Shown here in pieces: positions 15,225 through 29,207 of a stretch of DNA of 64,000 bases. A model generated the notes under the pieces. That model was not told where the DNA came from. It did no database searches and saw nothing but the letters and a program-made list of their open reading frames with translations. Made by a program: the position numbers and the translations under genes. The stretch covers positions 258,912,001 through 258,976,000 of the forward strand of contig OZ024740.1 of the NCBI GenBank assembly GCA_964016885.1, given 5' to 3'. The stretch's first letter is position 1. Each line of letters opens with the position of its first letter. The stretch comes from Eledone cirrhosa. Taxonomy: Eukaryota.

Positions 15225-15400
15225 CCATCATCACCATCATCATCTTCTCTATCATCACAATCACCAACATCATCACAGTCATCAACATCACTATCAATAT
15301 CCTCATCACAATCAACATCATCAAAATCACCATCATTATCACAATCTCTACCATCTTCCTTCTTCGCATTAACATCATCATCAGCAACATTATCATCGTT
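14470..15400. repeat. Compound trinucleotide microsatellites (CTC/CTT, GTT, GTG, CAT)
   Basis: Direct inspection. These explain the poly-L/V/W/H/M/D ORFs. Confidence 0.97.
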
Positions 15401-15587
15401 GTTTTCATGGGGGGTAAGCCGCACCCCACCCCATCCCACGTTGTTCCAGTTTACTCATATGTACCTATAATTAAAAAGGGGTCATCACACATGTTGTGAG
15501 ATTCATCTCTCTCAGAACTACATTAATTGTACACCACAAGCAGACTCTTTGAACTCGAACGGTCGTCGTCAACGCAACACACATAAT

Positions 15588-16152
15588 GGTGGGGGATTGA
15601 TAAGGTCGGTAGAGCAACCGGCAACATACTTTACGTCATAGAGTTACGAACCCCTCTATTCCGAGTTCAACTCCCACCGAGGTTAGCTTTGCTTTTCATT
15701 TCTCAGAGGTCAATAAAATAACTGGGGTCAATCTAATCGACTTTTCCCTCCCTGAAATTGTTGGCCTTCTGCCTAAATCAGAAACCATTACTAATCGATA
15801 GTGTCGGACATGTTTACAGCACATAGTTCATCCCTTTAGTTGAAATCCAGGCGAGGATAGTTTTGCCTTTCATTCTTACGGGGTCGATAAAATAAAGTAC
15901 CAGTAACACACTGGGGTCAATTTAATCGACTTTTCCCTTCCCAAAAACTGTTGGCTTTGTGCCTAAATTTGAAGCCATTGTTATTATTAGGCGGTAGAGC
16001 GTCAGACAACAGGCTTTACGACCCGCTTCGTTCTGAGTTCAAATCCAGTAAAATTTAGCTTTGCCTTTCATTCATCTGATTTCGATAAAATAAGGTAATG
16101 CTCTACGGTCCATTAAATCGTTTATCCCCTCACGAAAATATTGTTGGCCTCG
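15588..16152 (+). mobile_element. Three consecutive family A SINE copies
   Basis: Three diverged units (~15588-15792, 15800-15990, 15991-16152), each with a B-box-like gagttcaa/gttgaaatc, ttgcctttcat, gtcgataaaataa and ttggcct. Confidence 0.8.
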
Positions 16153-16408
16153 TAATTACGTAAACCACAGGTTTCACTTCAAATGTTCCCTCTCTTAGAA
16201 GAATGCCGTAACAGCAGCTATGAGTCCTTCACTCGTACTTAACTTACAGAAAGCCATGGCACATACCAGGAGGATTTTTGAGTTCCCGCCCAAAGATGGG
16301 ATGCCATTGTTATGACTAAGGCGTCCAATACATACATACATACATACATACATACATACATACATACATACATACATACATACATACATACATACATACA
16401 TACATACA

Positions 16409-18862
16409 TCTCTGTAAATGACACCCCTTGAAAAGAACAGGTTGAGAGCTACTGGAGATCTGTATGGGAAACGGATGACGGATTCAACAGACAAACTAAT
16501 TGGCTAAAAGAACTGGAACAGGACTACTGCCAACATGCCCAGACAAAACAATATGACATAGATGGATCAATACTGGAAACAGCTCTACAGAAAATGTCGA
16601 ATAGGAAATCACCAGGCCCAGACCTCATTACAGGATACTGGTTGAAGAATTTCACTTTCTATCGGCAAGATCTCATACGGCTGTTTACAGAAACCATTAA
16701 AGGCACACAAGAACTGCCCAGATGGTTATCAACTGCCACTACTCTCCTCATTCCCCAAAATAGCCAAACCACCCTTGCTAAAAATTACCCCCCAATAGCC
16801 TGCCAAAACATCATGTATAAATTATATACTGGGTGCCTTAACCTGTTCTTACAGGATCACTGTACTACCAACAACATCATAACACCTTAGCTAGCTGGTG
16901 GAAAGAGGGAGGTGTGGAGTTGCATAGATCACCTACTAACTAATAAAATGATTCAAGAAAAAACAACAAACAATCGCAGAAACATGACTGCGGTGTGGTT
17001 GGACTATCAAAAAGCATTTGATAGTGTACCTCATTGGTGGATTGTTAAGGCTTTACAGTTAGCCAAAGTCCCACACCACTGGTAGCTGCTGTTGAACGTC
17101 TGACCAAGAACTGGTACACCTATTTGATCCTTAGAGGTGAGAAGGAGCAAGTTAAGACGGATAAGATACATTACCAGAAGGGCATCTTTCAGGGTGATAG
17201 CTTGTCAGTGCTACTCTTCGTTCTCTCACTAAATCCACTATCTTACCTACTCAGGAAACAAGGTGGGCAAAGAAGTGGGTCCAGAAGTATCTCCAATCTT
17301 TTCTTTGTTGATGACCTGAAGTTGTATGGGCCAAATATCAATGACATCAAGAAACAATTGGACCTCATTACACAATTTTCAACAGACATCAAAATGAAAT
17401 TTGGTGAGTCCAAGTGTGCATATTTGGCAGTAAAACGTGGAAGAGATGTGCCCTCCTCTAGAAATCTAGAGATGAACGGCCTGACAATACAACTTCTACA
17501 GTCAGGTGACAACTACAGATATCTTGGACAGGATGAGAATGTCAGATATAATGGACCCATAAATAAGGAGAGAACCAGAACTGAATACCTCAGAAGAGTA
17601 ATGAAAATATGGTCATCAGAACCGTCAGCGTACAACAAATACATTGCCCACAATACTTATGCTGTGCCAATTCTAACGCCAAGAACTAAGTGAGATGGAT
17701 GTTAGAACTTGCAAACTTCCCAGTGTTACTGGGAACTTTAACATCAATGGTGATGTGGATAGGCTATACTTCTCACGCAAGGAAGGTGGGCGGGGTCTAA
17801 CATCCATATTAACATCATATAAGACTCGGAAAGTAACAACAGAGAAAAAAGGTTGGCAACCATCCTGCCCAGGTTTATGAGCATCAAAAGAAAATATCAT
17901 TAGAATAGCCACAGATCTGGAGGAGAGATATGGAATAAAGCCTGATATAAATCTCTCACCCAGAGAAATCGGAAGATCCTATTCAATGTTCAAACAAGAT
18001 GAAAAAATTGACCAATTTACAGAAAAAGTTGTGCATGGATACTTGAGACGTAAAACACAGACCACAAAAGGGATAAACCACTCAAAAAGCCTGGCATGGA
18101 GTTCCGACAAGTTTATGACACCTTGAGGGATATCTCTATGCAATACAGGAACAAGAACTCCCTACCAAATATCTGCTGCACAAAAGGGGAGGACCATCAG
18201 CTGACAATAAATGTAGGTTATGTAAAACAAAGATCGAGGATGTAAGCTACATTGTTGCCAGCTGCGAAAAAATGTCATCTCGCTACTACCTCCCTATGAG
18301 ACACGATGAGATAGCTAGAACCATCTGGAACGCACTTCGGAAAACAAAATTAACAACAAACGAGGGAGAATATATCGAGACAGATGGCACTAAGGAATAC
18401 TGGTGGAACCTGAAAATAAAAACTGCCACCAAATTAAAGCACAACCGGCCTGATATTGTTGTTTGGGACCACACATTGAAAACGTATTCTGTTGTGGAGA
18501 TCAGCTGCCCACTTGTTGTAAATGTTGTCAGAAAAATACAGAAGGAGGACATCTACAGACCATTGATGAGGAGTTTACAAATCCAGTATCCAAGATACAC
18601 ATTTAGCTTCATACCCATCATTATTGGAGCTACGGGTTATACACCAACCCGCTTAGACCAAAGTATGACTGAACTTGGATTTGCGGAAAAAGAGCGCAGC
18701 TCCCTAATTCATAGTCTACAAATGGCTGCGATAGCTGGCACCTTCAAAATTTGCAAAACATTCTTGCGATTCAAGGGATGACAATTTCTTTTCTTTTACA
18801 ACCTTGCCACCAGGAAGGTGGCCGGTCAAAAAATATACTCGAAATTAAGAGAAAGAGATAAC
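16409..18862 (+). mobile_element. R4/Dong-clade RLE LINE (family 1), 5'-truncated, between (TACA)n arrays
   Basis: KSPGPDLITGYWLK, LDYQKAFDSVPH, GIFQGDSLS, FVDDLKLY, YRYLG, DVDRLY...GGRGL, CRLC...HIVASC and HNRPDIVV...VEISCP. Confidence 0.93.
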
Positions 18863-18939
18863 ATACATACATACATACATACATACATACATACATACAT
18901 ACATACATACATACATACATACATACATACATACATACA

Positions 18940-21900
18940 CAGAATTAAAAACTAGCTGAAAGCAAATATTACCCAAGCTGTGAACAACTTTAAATTTAAT
19001 TCTGACAAAACTTTGTCGAAACTTTTAAAGAAGTGCATCGTGTATTTTGAAAGATAAATGTAAATATTAGTGAATAGACGAACTCATTATGACAAAATGT
19101 ATAAGTCTCCTTCGACCAAATCGCAACTACATCCATTGTATACAATGGAGCTACGATTTCAACAAAGGTTTATATGACGCATATAAACAATCTGACTTCC
19201 AAAATTTCGGTTTTATGCAGAGGCTAAAATAGTTGTGGAACTCCAAACACCCAGAATTAGACTTTTCTCCAAACCATTTAAATGAACAGGAAAAACGTAT
19301 CATTAGATGTAAATTGATACATCTAACGGAACTGAGTGACACTATAAATACGGCCATTAAAGACAATCATCCAGCTTCCACTGATGGACATAAAAAATGG
19401 TCAGCTAAATCTAGCTGTAAACAGCACACCAACAAGTAGCTGAAACCCATACCTCTACTGTACAAACAGAACACCAAAAACTTATGGACACCTTACAAGT
19501 GATATGTGATGATATGTTTCAAGAGATACACAGCCTTAATGTGAGTTACAGAGAATACAACACCAGAATCAATAAAGAACCCACTAAATTGGAATTGGAA
19601 GCAGTGAACAAAATAACTGACAATTATCTGAAGGCCACACGGTCCAAAGGTGTGGAAACGATATATGGAATGCTTAATATTTTGTTATATGTTTCAGCTA
19701 TCACATTACTATCCTATCATAAACATCTAAAACCTCGCAACCAAGATACAAACAGAAAGCCTGAACCAGCGTGGATGCATAATTTAAAAAAATAAAATGT
19801 TGACCCTCCCTGAGACGAAATATCGCACAGATCGCTGTAGTTATAAAATGCAACACAGAGAAAACTTCACACGACACCAGGAAGACTTAAGAAAAAAACT
19901 AGAGAGGCGATTTGGATATACAAGATTTAAAATTCTAAACTCCAAACTACACCAGTTGAAACAACAACTCAGAGCTGCAGCAGAAATAGAGCTACTGGAG
20001 ATCTGTATGGGAAACAAATGACGGATTTGACAAACAAACTACATGGTTAAAAGAACTGGAACAGGAATACTGCTAGCATGTCCAGACAAAACAATATAAC
20101 ATAGATGGGTCAATACTGGAAACAGCCCTACAGAAAATGTCGAATAGGATATCACCAGGCCCAGACTTCATACATAACAGGATACTGGCTGAAGAATTTC
20201 ATCTTCTATCTAAAAGATCTCATACGGCTGTTTACAGAAACCATCAAAGACATACAAGAACTGCCCCAATGGTTATCAACTGCCACTACCCTCCTCATCC
20301 CCCAAAACAGCCAAGCCACCCCAGCTAAAAATGACTGCCCAATAGCCTGCCAGAACATCATGTATAAATTATACACTGGGTGCCTTAATCTGTTCTTACA
20401 GGATCATTGTGCCACCAACATCATTATAACACCTGAGCAAGCTGGTGGAAAGAAGGAGGTGTGTGGGCTGCATATATCAGCTACTAACAAATAAAATGAT
20501 ACAGGAAAAATAGCAAAAAATCGAGGAACATGACTGTGGTGTGGCAGGACTAGCACAAGGCTTTTGATAGTGTACCTCATGGGTGAATTATTAACGCTTT
20601 ACAGGTAGTCCAACAACCTCTAGTAGCTGCTGTTGAACGCCTGACCAAGAACTGATACACCAATTTCATCCTTAGGGGTGAGAAGGAGCAAATTTAGACA
20701 GATATAATGCACTACCAGAAAGGCATCTTTCAAAGTGATAACTTATCAGTGCTGCTCTTCGCCCTCTCACTAAACCCACTACCATACCTGCTCACAAAAC
20801 AAAGTGGTCATAGAAGTGGGTCTAGAAGTATCTCGCATCTTTTCTATGTTGATGTCCTGAAGTTGTTTGGGCTAAATACTAATTATATAAAAAGAAAAGA
20901 AAATTGGACCTCATTACACAATTTTCTGCAGACATCAGAATGTAATTTCGTGAGCCCGAATGTGCATATTTGACAGTAAAACGTGGAAGACTTGTGCCCT
21001 CCTCTGGGAATCTAGAGATGAACGGCTTGACAATACAACCTCTACAGTCAGGTGACAACTACAGATATCTTGGACAGGATGAAAATGTCAGATATGATAG
21101 ATCCATAAATAAGGGAAAATCATAACTGTATACCTCAGGAGAGTAAAGAAATATGGTCATCAGGACTATTAGTGTACAACAAATACATTGCCCACAATAC
21201 TATGCTGTGCCAATCCTAACGCCAACATTTGGCCTGTTGAACTGGTCATTGCAAGCTTCTCAGTGTTACTGGAAACATTAATGGTGATGTGGATAGGCTA
21301 TACTTCTCACGCAAGGCAGGTTGCCGGGGTCTAAAATCCATATTAAAATCCATGTTAAAATCTGTATCAACACTGAAGCAACATCTTCAACAGAAGAAAA
21401 AGGTCAGCAACCATCTTGCCCAGGTTTATGAGCATGAAGGAAATAATATCATTAGGATAGCCACTGATCTGGAGGAGAGATATGGAATAAGGCCTTATAT
21501 AAATCTCTCTCCAAGGGACATTGGAAGATCCTATTCAATGCTCGAACACGATAAAAAGTTGGACCAATTTACTGAGAAACTTGTGCATGGGTACTTGAGA
21601 CGAAAGACACAGACCATAGAGGAGATAAATTATTCAAAAAGCCTGGCATGGAGTTCCGACAAGTTTATGACATCCCACCTTGAAGGATATCTCTATGCAA
21701 TACACGAACAAAAAATCCCTACCAAATATCTGCTACACTAAAGAGGAGAGCCTTCAGTCGACAATAAATGTAGGCTTTGTAAAAGAAAGATCGAAGATGT
21801 TAGCCACATTATTGCCAACTGAGAAAGAATGTCGTCTCGTTACTACCTCCCTATGAGATAAGATGTGATAGCTAGAACCATCTGGAACGCAATTAGAAAA

Positions 21901-22380
21901 ACAAAATTAAAACAAATGAGGAGGAATACGTTGAGATAGATGGCACTAAGAAATACTGGTTGAACTTGAAAATAAAAACTGCCCCCAAATTAAAGCAAAA
22001 CCGGCCTCATATTGTTGTTTGGGACCATACATTGAAAACGTGCTCTGTTGTAGAGATCAGCTGCCCACTTGATGTCGATATTGTAAGAAAAATACAGGAC
22101 CATTGATTTGCAGGTTCAGTTTCCAAGATACACCTTCGGCTTCATACCCATCATTATTGTGGCTACAGGTTATATACCAACCCGCTTGGACCAAAGTTTA
22201 GTTTAACTTGGATTTGTGGACAAAGAGCGCAGCTCCCTAATTAATAGACTATAAATGGCTGCGATAGCTGGCACCTTCAAAACTTGCAGTTCAAGGAATG
22301 ACAATTTCTTTTCTTTTACAACCTTGCCACCAGGAAGGTGGCCGGTCAAAAGTGTACTCAAAATTAAGAGAAAAAGAAAC
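18940..22380 (+). mobile_element. R4/Dong-clade RLE LINE (family 1), near full length, degenerate
   Basis: Collinear with 16409-18862, including the same 3' UTR (accttgccaccaggaaggtggccggtcaaaa). Has an extra N-terminal region (GFMQRLK*LWNSKHPEL). (TACA)n on both sides. Confidence 0.92.
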
Positions 22381-22465
22381 ATACATACATACATACATAC
22401 ATACATACATACATACATACATACATACATACATACATACATACGTACGTACGTCCGTACATACA

Positions 22466-22970
22466 CGCAGGGAGTATCTTTCAAGGAACTCCTTGGAAGA
22501 TACTCCTTGCATGATAATAAAAACCTCACACCCAAGGAAGTTGGCCAGCAGTACCGCAGTGAATCCATAGATGAAAAACTGCATGCTTATCAGCAAAACA
22601 TTATGCATGGATATGTTGCCAGGAATCTCCAGAGTGAGAGTAATATAGACGAACAAAGTTGTCTATCTGGGACCAACAACCGCTATAATGGCTCCCACAT
22701 TGTAGGAGACGCTTTTGCAATCCAAGAACAAGAAATCAACACGAAATACCTGATTCACTAAAGAGATATGGATACAAAGCATATGCACAGGCACACATAT
22801 AACTCAAAAAATACATATCCACACATACAATAACATCCATTCCTGCACACACATGCATGCATGCATGTAGACATGCATACATATCTACCTAGTTGGTGTT
22901 GTGTAAATTCCAATGAGAGAGTCTCTCTCTATTAGCAAAAATTTGTGAAAATATAAAACCAGAACATACA
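22466..22970 (+). mobile_element. R4/Dong-clade LINE (family 2), internally deleted fragment
   Basis: MHGYV...FAIQEQEINTKYL joined to the same 3' UTR as 10130-10340, followed by TACA repeats. Confidence 0.82.
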
Positions 22971-23974
22971 TACAAATACATATGTATACATATATATATG
23001 TATGCATGCATGTATCTGTATTCATGCAAGCATACATACATATGTAAGGATGTATGTATGTATGCATGAATATATATATATATGTTTATATGTATGTATA
23101 TAAACATATGTGCATGTATGTATGCATGAATGTATATGTGTATGAATGTATGTATGCATGAATGTATATATGTATGTATGTAAGTATGTATGTGTTTATG
23201 CATGCATTAATATATGTATCCATGTATGTATGTATGCATGTATACATCCATGTATGTATGCATGTATGCATCCATGTATGTATGCATCAATGTATGGATC
23301 CATGTATGTATGTGTGTTTCGAGTATGAAATAAGTACCCGCTGTATTTTTCACCTTGTCTCTATAAATTGCTACTAAACTACAGTTAAGAGATAATACCG
23401 TAAAATAAGACCTATATTTAAGACTGGTCCTTATCTCAAATCCCACCCGCCTTTAGTAGGTGGACGTGAAGAAAGGAGACGAGTTTGATGAGAGAAGGTT
23501 GCTGGGTTATGAGCTAGTTTGTTGGCAGAGTTTTACCACAAATACTATTTATTCCTTATTTATTTACAGAGAAAAAGTAGAATTGGGAGTCAGTAGAGCG
23601 TCAGATTACACATCTTGTCGATGTTCTCTCTCTCTCTCTCACTCTCTCTCTCTCTCTTTCACTTTCTCTCTCTGTCAGGTTTTAAATTCCTAAGACACGT
23701 CGTGTATCAGGACGGCGCCTCTGCGATTCTATTGGAGGTTAAGGGCTTTTTCCTTTCCTTACGTTTTCGATTTACAGACAAATGAGGTGAGGTTCAAAAT
23801 TAAAACGGTCTTGGTGTGTCGGGTGTCATTGCTTGGGTTTTTCTTGTGAAGATCTATTTGAACAACTACAACAACAACAGATTTATAGGTTACTGAGAAA
23901 GAACATCTTGGAAAATATATCAGTGGTGTATCTAGGCATCCATCTGTTCCGACGACAAGTATTCCACTCTTATG

Positions 23975-24140
23975 AACAACGGAACAGCCTACTCGAGAAA
24001 GTAATGTGCAAGTGGCTGAGCATTCTACAAACATGTTTAATTATTTCTCCAGCTTAATTGACCGGAGCAATGTGAAACAAATGTCTTACATAATGATACA
24101 ACGCGCTGCCCGGTATCGAAATCACGACTTTATGTCTGTG
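23975..24140 (-). mobile_element. SINE remnant (family B-like)
   Basis: ttgaccggagcaatgtgaaa...cggtatcgaaatcacgac resembles the reverse complement of the B-box and body at 32660-32750. Confidence 0.5.
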
Positions 24141-24472
24141 AGCCAAATAGCTTTCAAAGTCAGCAGCCTACTAGTTATGAAAATAAGACTCGATTATCAA
24201 ATATTTACTTTATTTGTTCAGTATCGGGCCTAAACGAATATAACAACCAGCAAAACAATATTTTTAAAGTGAAAAATTATATTGATAGCTATAGTGTTCA
24301 CTTTGTTGCAGCTTCAAGCTACAATGCATAGTTTGTTGCAACTGTAAGCTGCAGAACAGTTTGTTAACACTACAAACTAAAGTGCCATAAATGGTCTTTC
24401 CCAGGCCAGCGTTGCCATTATGGCTAACCTAGTAGTAGGCCTCAAAGAGGCGCATTTTTAAACCTTAAAGTG

Positions 24473-24575
24473 TGGTAGATTGGCAGTATCGGTAGAGTGT
24501 CAAACAATATGCTTTGCGGTATATAGTCATGCCCTTTTACGTTCTGAGTTCAAATCCGGCCGAGGTTGAAGGCTT
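24473..24575 (+). mobile_element. Family A SINE 5' part
   Basis: tggcagtatcggtagag (A box) ... ctgagttcaaatcc (B box). Confidence 0.75.
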
Positions 24576-25320
24576 ACATATATTGATAGCAAGACTGACT
24601 CGTTGTTGTAATTAACCAAGGCACAAACTAGCACAGCGAGGTTAAAAATAAATGCATATATGAACACATATACAATATGTCTAATTATAAGAAACATACA
24701 TCTAGTCATGCTCTACGTATTTAAGCTACGAATCTATTGCAACTACACCCGGGTGCTGAAGTATAGAAGAGAAAATTGCACTAACACTGCACGATTCAAA
24801 ATAAAGGCTTCTATGAATACCGATGACATGTGAAATGAAAAGTTTTCAGCTCAAGTGCATGCAAGTTTAGCTGACCTCCAGGATTATTGCATCTCATAGG
24901 AGTTTTCTCGCATATTTTAACGATAGAGGTCTCCTTCCTACCATTCTGTATGTTCTATTATACAGTATGTTTACAAATAATAAATATAATTCTAGTATCT
25001 CTTACTAAATAAAACCGGTGTTCGGTGAATTTATTTAACTAATTTAACTAAATTAACTTAGATAAAATATTACTTATCCACTATATATAAATCAAGATTA
25101 GTCTACAGACAGTCTCTAACACCTGATATACTGTAAACAATCTTTTGATACTTCACTAATAACAACTTAAAGCACCATCTGCGCTAACTCTTGAGAATTA
25201 GTCTTGATTCGTAGTCAAGTAGCATAGTGGTTAGGTTATGAAGCAAAATGTATGTATGTATGTACGTACGTACGTACGTACGTACGTACGTATGTATGTA
25301 TGTATGCATGTATGTATTAT

Positions 25321-26125
25321 GTTCTTCTGGTTTTATGATTTTATATATGTTTACCAATAGAGAGAGAGTCAATTTCTAACACAAATACAAGACTCTCTCA
25401 TTGGAATTTAAACATCAACTAGGTAGATATGAATGCATGTCTGCATGCATGCATGTGTAGATATGGATGTTATTGTATGTGTGGACATGTATGTTTTTAG
25501 TTATATGTGTGCATGTGCACATGCTGTGTATCTGTACAAGTGTATATGCAATTATTCGATGCAGAATTTTTGGAATGTTTTACATATTTTTACTGTTCCA
25601 TTAATGGATTGTACTTGTAATTTCCTAACTAGTTGTGTTCTCTTTGTTCCTGTGAAGCCTAGCTTCTCAAGATTTGTATTGAGGCAGTTACTAACATATC
25701 CTAGTGCCCCAATAATCACAGGTATAAATCGGAAGATATAGTCAGGGTGGAGTATCTGCAGATTCCTCATTAGTTCTGCATAAATATTCTCCTTTTCCAA
25801 ATCTTTGATATTATATTGGTATCTGCTGGACAGCTAATTTCCACTACTGTGCATGCCTTGTTTTCCCTGTCCCATATCATAATATCTGGTCAGTTATGCC
25901 TGTATTTTATTGGGGTTTTGATGGAATATTCCACCAGTACACTTTCATATTATATATGTTTATGTCTTCCTCATTGCTGTAAATTTTAATGTTTATTGTC
26001 GGGGCTATATCTTCTGCGGATTGCATTGTATAGTGTTTTGGGCCACTACAACATGCCTCATAGGTAGATAGTTCCGTGACAACATCTTTGGACAGCTGCT
26101 TATGACATAGGTGACATATTCTATG
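25321..26125 (-). mobile_element. R4/Dong-clade LINE (family 2) 3' fragment
   Basis: KENIYAELMRNLQILHPDY...PVIIGALG, near identical to the 9780-10110 ORF. The 3' end abuts (TATG)n, i.e. (TACA)n on the element strand. Confidence 0.9.
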
Positions 26126-26294
26126 TTAATTCTACACAAACATGCATATATACATACACATGCATGCTGGAAAGCATGGCGTCCGACCCTCTACCGATAC
26201 TGCCAATCCACCGCCCTAACAATAATAAAAATGATAATAAGTATAGTATTTATGAAGATGTTGGTGGTGAATGGTTGTTGTACAAAGTTCGTGT

Positions 26295-27140
26295 TCAGGT
26301 GGCTAAATCGGGCTCTGTCCTCGGTTTTGGTCCGAAAACTAGGGCGGAGAATGTATATTGTTTTCCATGGCAGCAGTTCACGATAATCTCTGATTTTAAG
26401 TTAATTATCGATCTTAACTTAATGATTTTAGCCGATTCCACCAAGCACAAGCTGCAGTGGCTCTTTCCGGTGGAATGTTGAGCCACCCGTCTTCGTATGG
26501 ACCACCTGATCTGGTATTTTAGCTTTCTATCCTTGAGGTCCCAGATCAGGTCAGCCAGTCGTGTTTGAGAGCGCTTGAATCTGTTGAAGGAGCTTCTGTG
26601 ATTGTACAGCCGCTCCTTAAATGTTGGTGAGGTTGCACCTATGTACGTGTATTTTTTTTTTCTTTATTTTTTTGGTCATGACATCACACTGGTAGACAAT
26701 GTTCTTAATGAGGCAGTCATTTCCCAGTAGGCAGTCCTATCGTTTTTTGCAATCGTTATATCAATGGCATGTTGTTGGTCAGTCTCATTGGAGTCGGTGT
26801 TGGTTTGAAGGCGTTCGGGGTTCCGTATAACGTGTGTGGTGCTATTTTGTGCTGTGTTTTATTGGGGTGCTTGGTTATGTTTGCATATTTTGGTCCTATT
26901 AGTTTATCCTAGAGTATCAGCTCGGTTCGTTGCGGCGGAGAAAGAGAATTTTACTGTATGTCTATCAAAGAGCTTGTGGCATTTGTGTGGGGGTGGAAAG
27001 GATTCGTCAAGGGCCCTGAAGGAGGGTCCGGGAACATTGGAAGCAACGTGTATCGTTATACCAAGACACCGTTCGACTTCTGGTCCGGTCTTCTGACGTT
27101 TAGTGGGGTTATTGTGGCTTGGTGTGTTTATGGCAGTGTT
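26295..27140 (-). mobile_element. Penelope-like element remnant with C-terminal GIY-YIG endonuclease
   Basis: RSRTVSWYN...FRALDESFPPPHKCHKLFDRHTVKFSFS, DCLIKNIVYQCDV...YIGATSPTFKERLYNHRSSF, LIWDLK and CSLCLVE...INLKSEIIVNCCH. Confidence 0.88.
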
Positions 27141-27327
27141 GTGGTCAGACGCAACTGTCTTGTGTGTTCTGATGCATGTATTTATGTATGTATGTATGTA
27201 TATATGTATGCAGTCACTCAAGCTGCTAGAAATAGTAGCCAAATCTCCCATATATCAGAATCTACCATCTTAAAAACAAAATTCAAATCAAATAATGTAG
27301 TCAAAGATACTCAATGTATGAATAGTA

Positions 27328-27480
27328 GGCATTGGCATGGCTGAGTGCTTAAGAAGTTTACTTCCCAAAGACTAGGTTCCGAGTTCGATCTCATCGCGTG
27401 AAATCTTAACTAAATGGCATTTCCGTTGACGAAGGTCGGCGCAGACTATCCAAGTGAAATTGGGTAGATGGAAACTGTTT
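27328..27480 (+). mobile_element. tRNA-headed SINE remnant
   Basis: A box tggctgagtg and B box gagttcgatct. Confidence 0.6.
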
Positions 27481-27589
27481 AAATATCCCCTAAAAAGACC
27501 TAGTTCACCGACTCTCCTTCGTGACAGGAAGTTGAATATGTTGGTATATTCGTAAACGCCTACTAGTATTATTGTCTCGGGGTTCAGGG

Positions 27590-27795
27590 TGATGGCAGTA
27601 TCTATAGAACGTCGGACAACATGCTTTGCGGTATATAGTTATGGCCCTTTACGTTCTGAGTTCAAATTCGGTCGAGGTTAGCTTAACCTTTCATCATTAC
27701 GGTGTCGATAAAATAAAGTACCAGTAACACTCTGGAGTTGATTTAATCAACTATCCCCCTTTTCTTTAAATTGTGCCAAATGTAGAAACAATTAT
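27590..27795 (+). mobile_element. Family A SINE
   Basis: tggcagtatctatagaacgtcggac...ctgagttcaaattc...gtcgataaaataaagtaccagt. Confidence 0.82.
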
Positions 27796-28564
27796 CATCT
27801 CGGGTTTTGGAAAGGTTTAATGGGGTGACCTCGATGCTAACCAACTTGTGTATAGGTGGCAAAGTCAAGGAAAGTTTGTCGGTAATTGAAAAACGAGAGA
27901 AAGAGGAAATAACCCGATGGGGAAATATGCCAACAAAGAAAATGTGTGATGGAGGAGCAAGGAGGAAGAGAAAGGTGGGGAGAAAGAGAGAGTTTCATCC
28001 AGCGAAATTTTAACTCTTCGTTGTAAAGCTTTAGCGAGACGATGACAGAGATAAAGTGAGGCACATGGGAGAGAGTGAAAGGGGTGGGGTGTTTGTTAGG
28101 ATGATGGTGAAGAAGGAAAACTGGTTATGGGGAGAGTTAGTTACGATAAGCGTGCAATGGTGCAGGAGAAGAGGTAAGTTTCTAAAGATAGTAGTAGAAA
28201 AGATTATCAAGATAACAGAAATGAAGAAATGGTGATGAAGGATGGAGAGAAGTAGAAGGAGGGGGAAGCGGAAGAGAGTTTGTCAAAGTTATTGTTATTA
28301 GCTCGAGGTCAGTTTTGATTGAACAGTCGTATAGCCTAAGGCGCTCAAGCCTTGAACATGCCATCTTTCTTCTGACGTAATGCATTACGTCTTTCCTCAT
28401 CTTTAGATTGTTAGGTGTGTATGATTTAAGTGAGAATTTGGCTATTTCTACTATCAGGATGAGTTACTGTGTAGAATGTCTTTCACCAGTTAGTCGGGAG
28501 TCAAGTGGAAAGAAAGACGGACTATATATATATTTATATATATATATTATATATATATATATAA

Positions 28565-28646
<82 letters not shown>

Positions 28647-29113
28647 GTGTGTGTACATATACATATGTGTGTGTGTATGCATATATATATATAAATGTGC
28701 AATACACATATATGAATGTACGTATTGTATATTTTAAAATATACGTCACGTTTATAAAAAACATTTTGAAGGCCTTTCGCTATGAATTTTAAGGTATATG
28801 ACGAACGTCACATACCTAGCTTCAACAAAAGCAGGAGGAAGCAATTGATGATGCCCCCGTTTCTCAGTCATAAGTGAGTGTCAAGACTACATATTTCACC
28901 GCCTTTTCTGAAGATAAAAAGATGGGTTTTTGTAGAATTCTGTTTATGTTTATGAGCTGTTAAAACTCATTTGCATACAAAGCGGTAGCAGGCCTGGCAT
29001 CAATTAAAAGTGTGTATTAGTGCTCCCAAATAGATGGTTGCTCCTGATAGGACCCGCTGGAAGGAGTGTTTCAGAACTCTGACCCCACAACCATCTCGGG
29101 AATAAGTGGGCGG

Positions 29114-29207
29114 GGAAGAAGAAGAAGAAGAAGAAGAAGAAGAAGAAGAAGAAGAAGAAGAAGAAGAAGAAGAAGAAGAAGAAGAAGAAGAAGAAGAAGA
29201 CGACGAC
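29114..29207. repeat. (GAA)n microsatellite, possibly a retroelement tail
   Basis: Pure GAA run ending in GAC units. Confidence 0.95.

Noticed and set aside
14387-15439. Long hydrophobic, poly-His and poly-Asp ORFs
   Set aside because: Trinucleotide repeat tracts that are open in several frames.
23400-23765. Possible solo LTR on the minus strand
   Set aside because: No clear TG...CA ends, TSD or second copy.
26295-26760. Selenocysteine read-through as reported for some Naiad PLEs
   Set aside because: The stop I read in the Cys-rich region is TAG at a non-Cys position. I identified no in-frame TGA at a Cys site and no SECIS.
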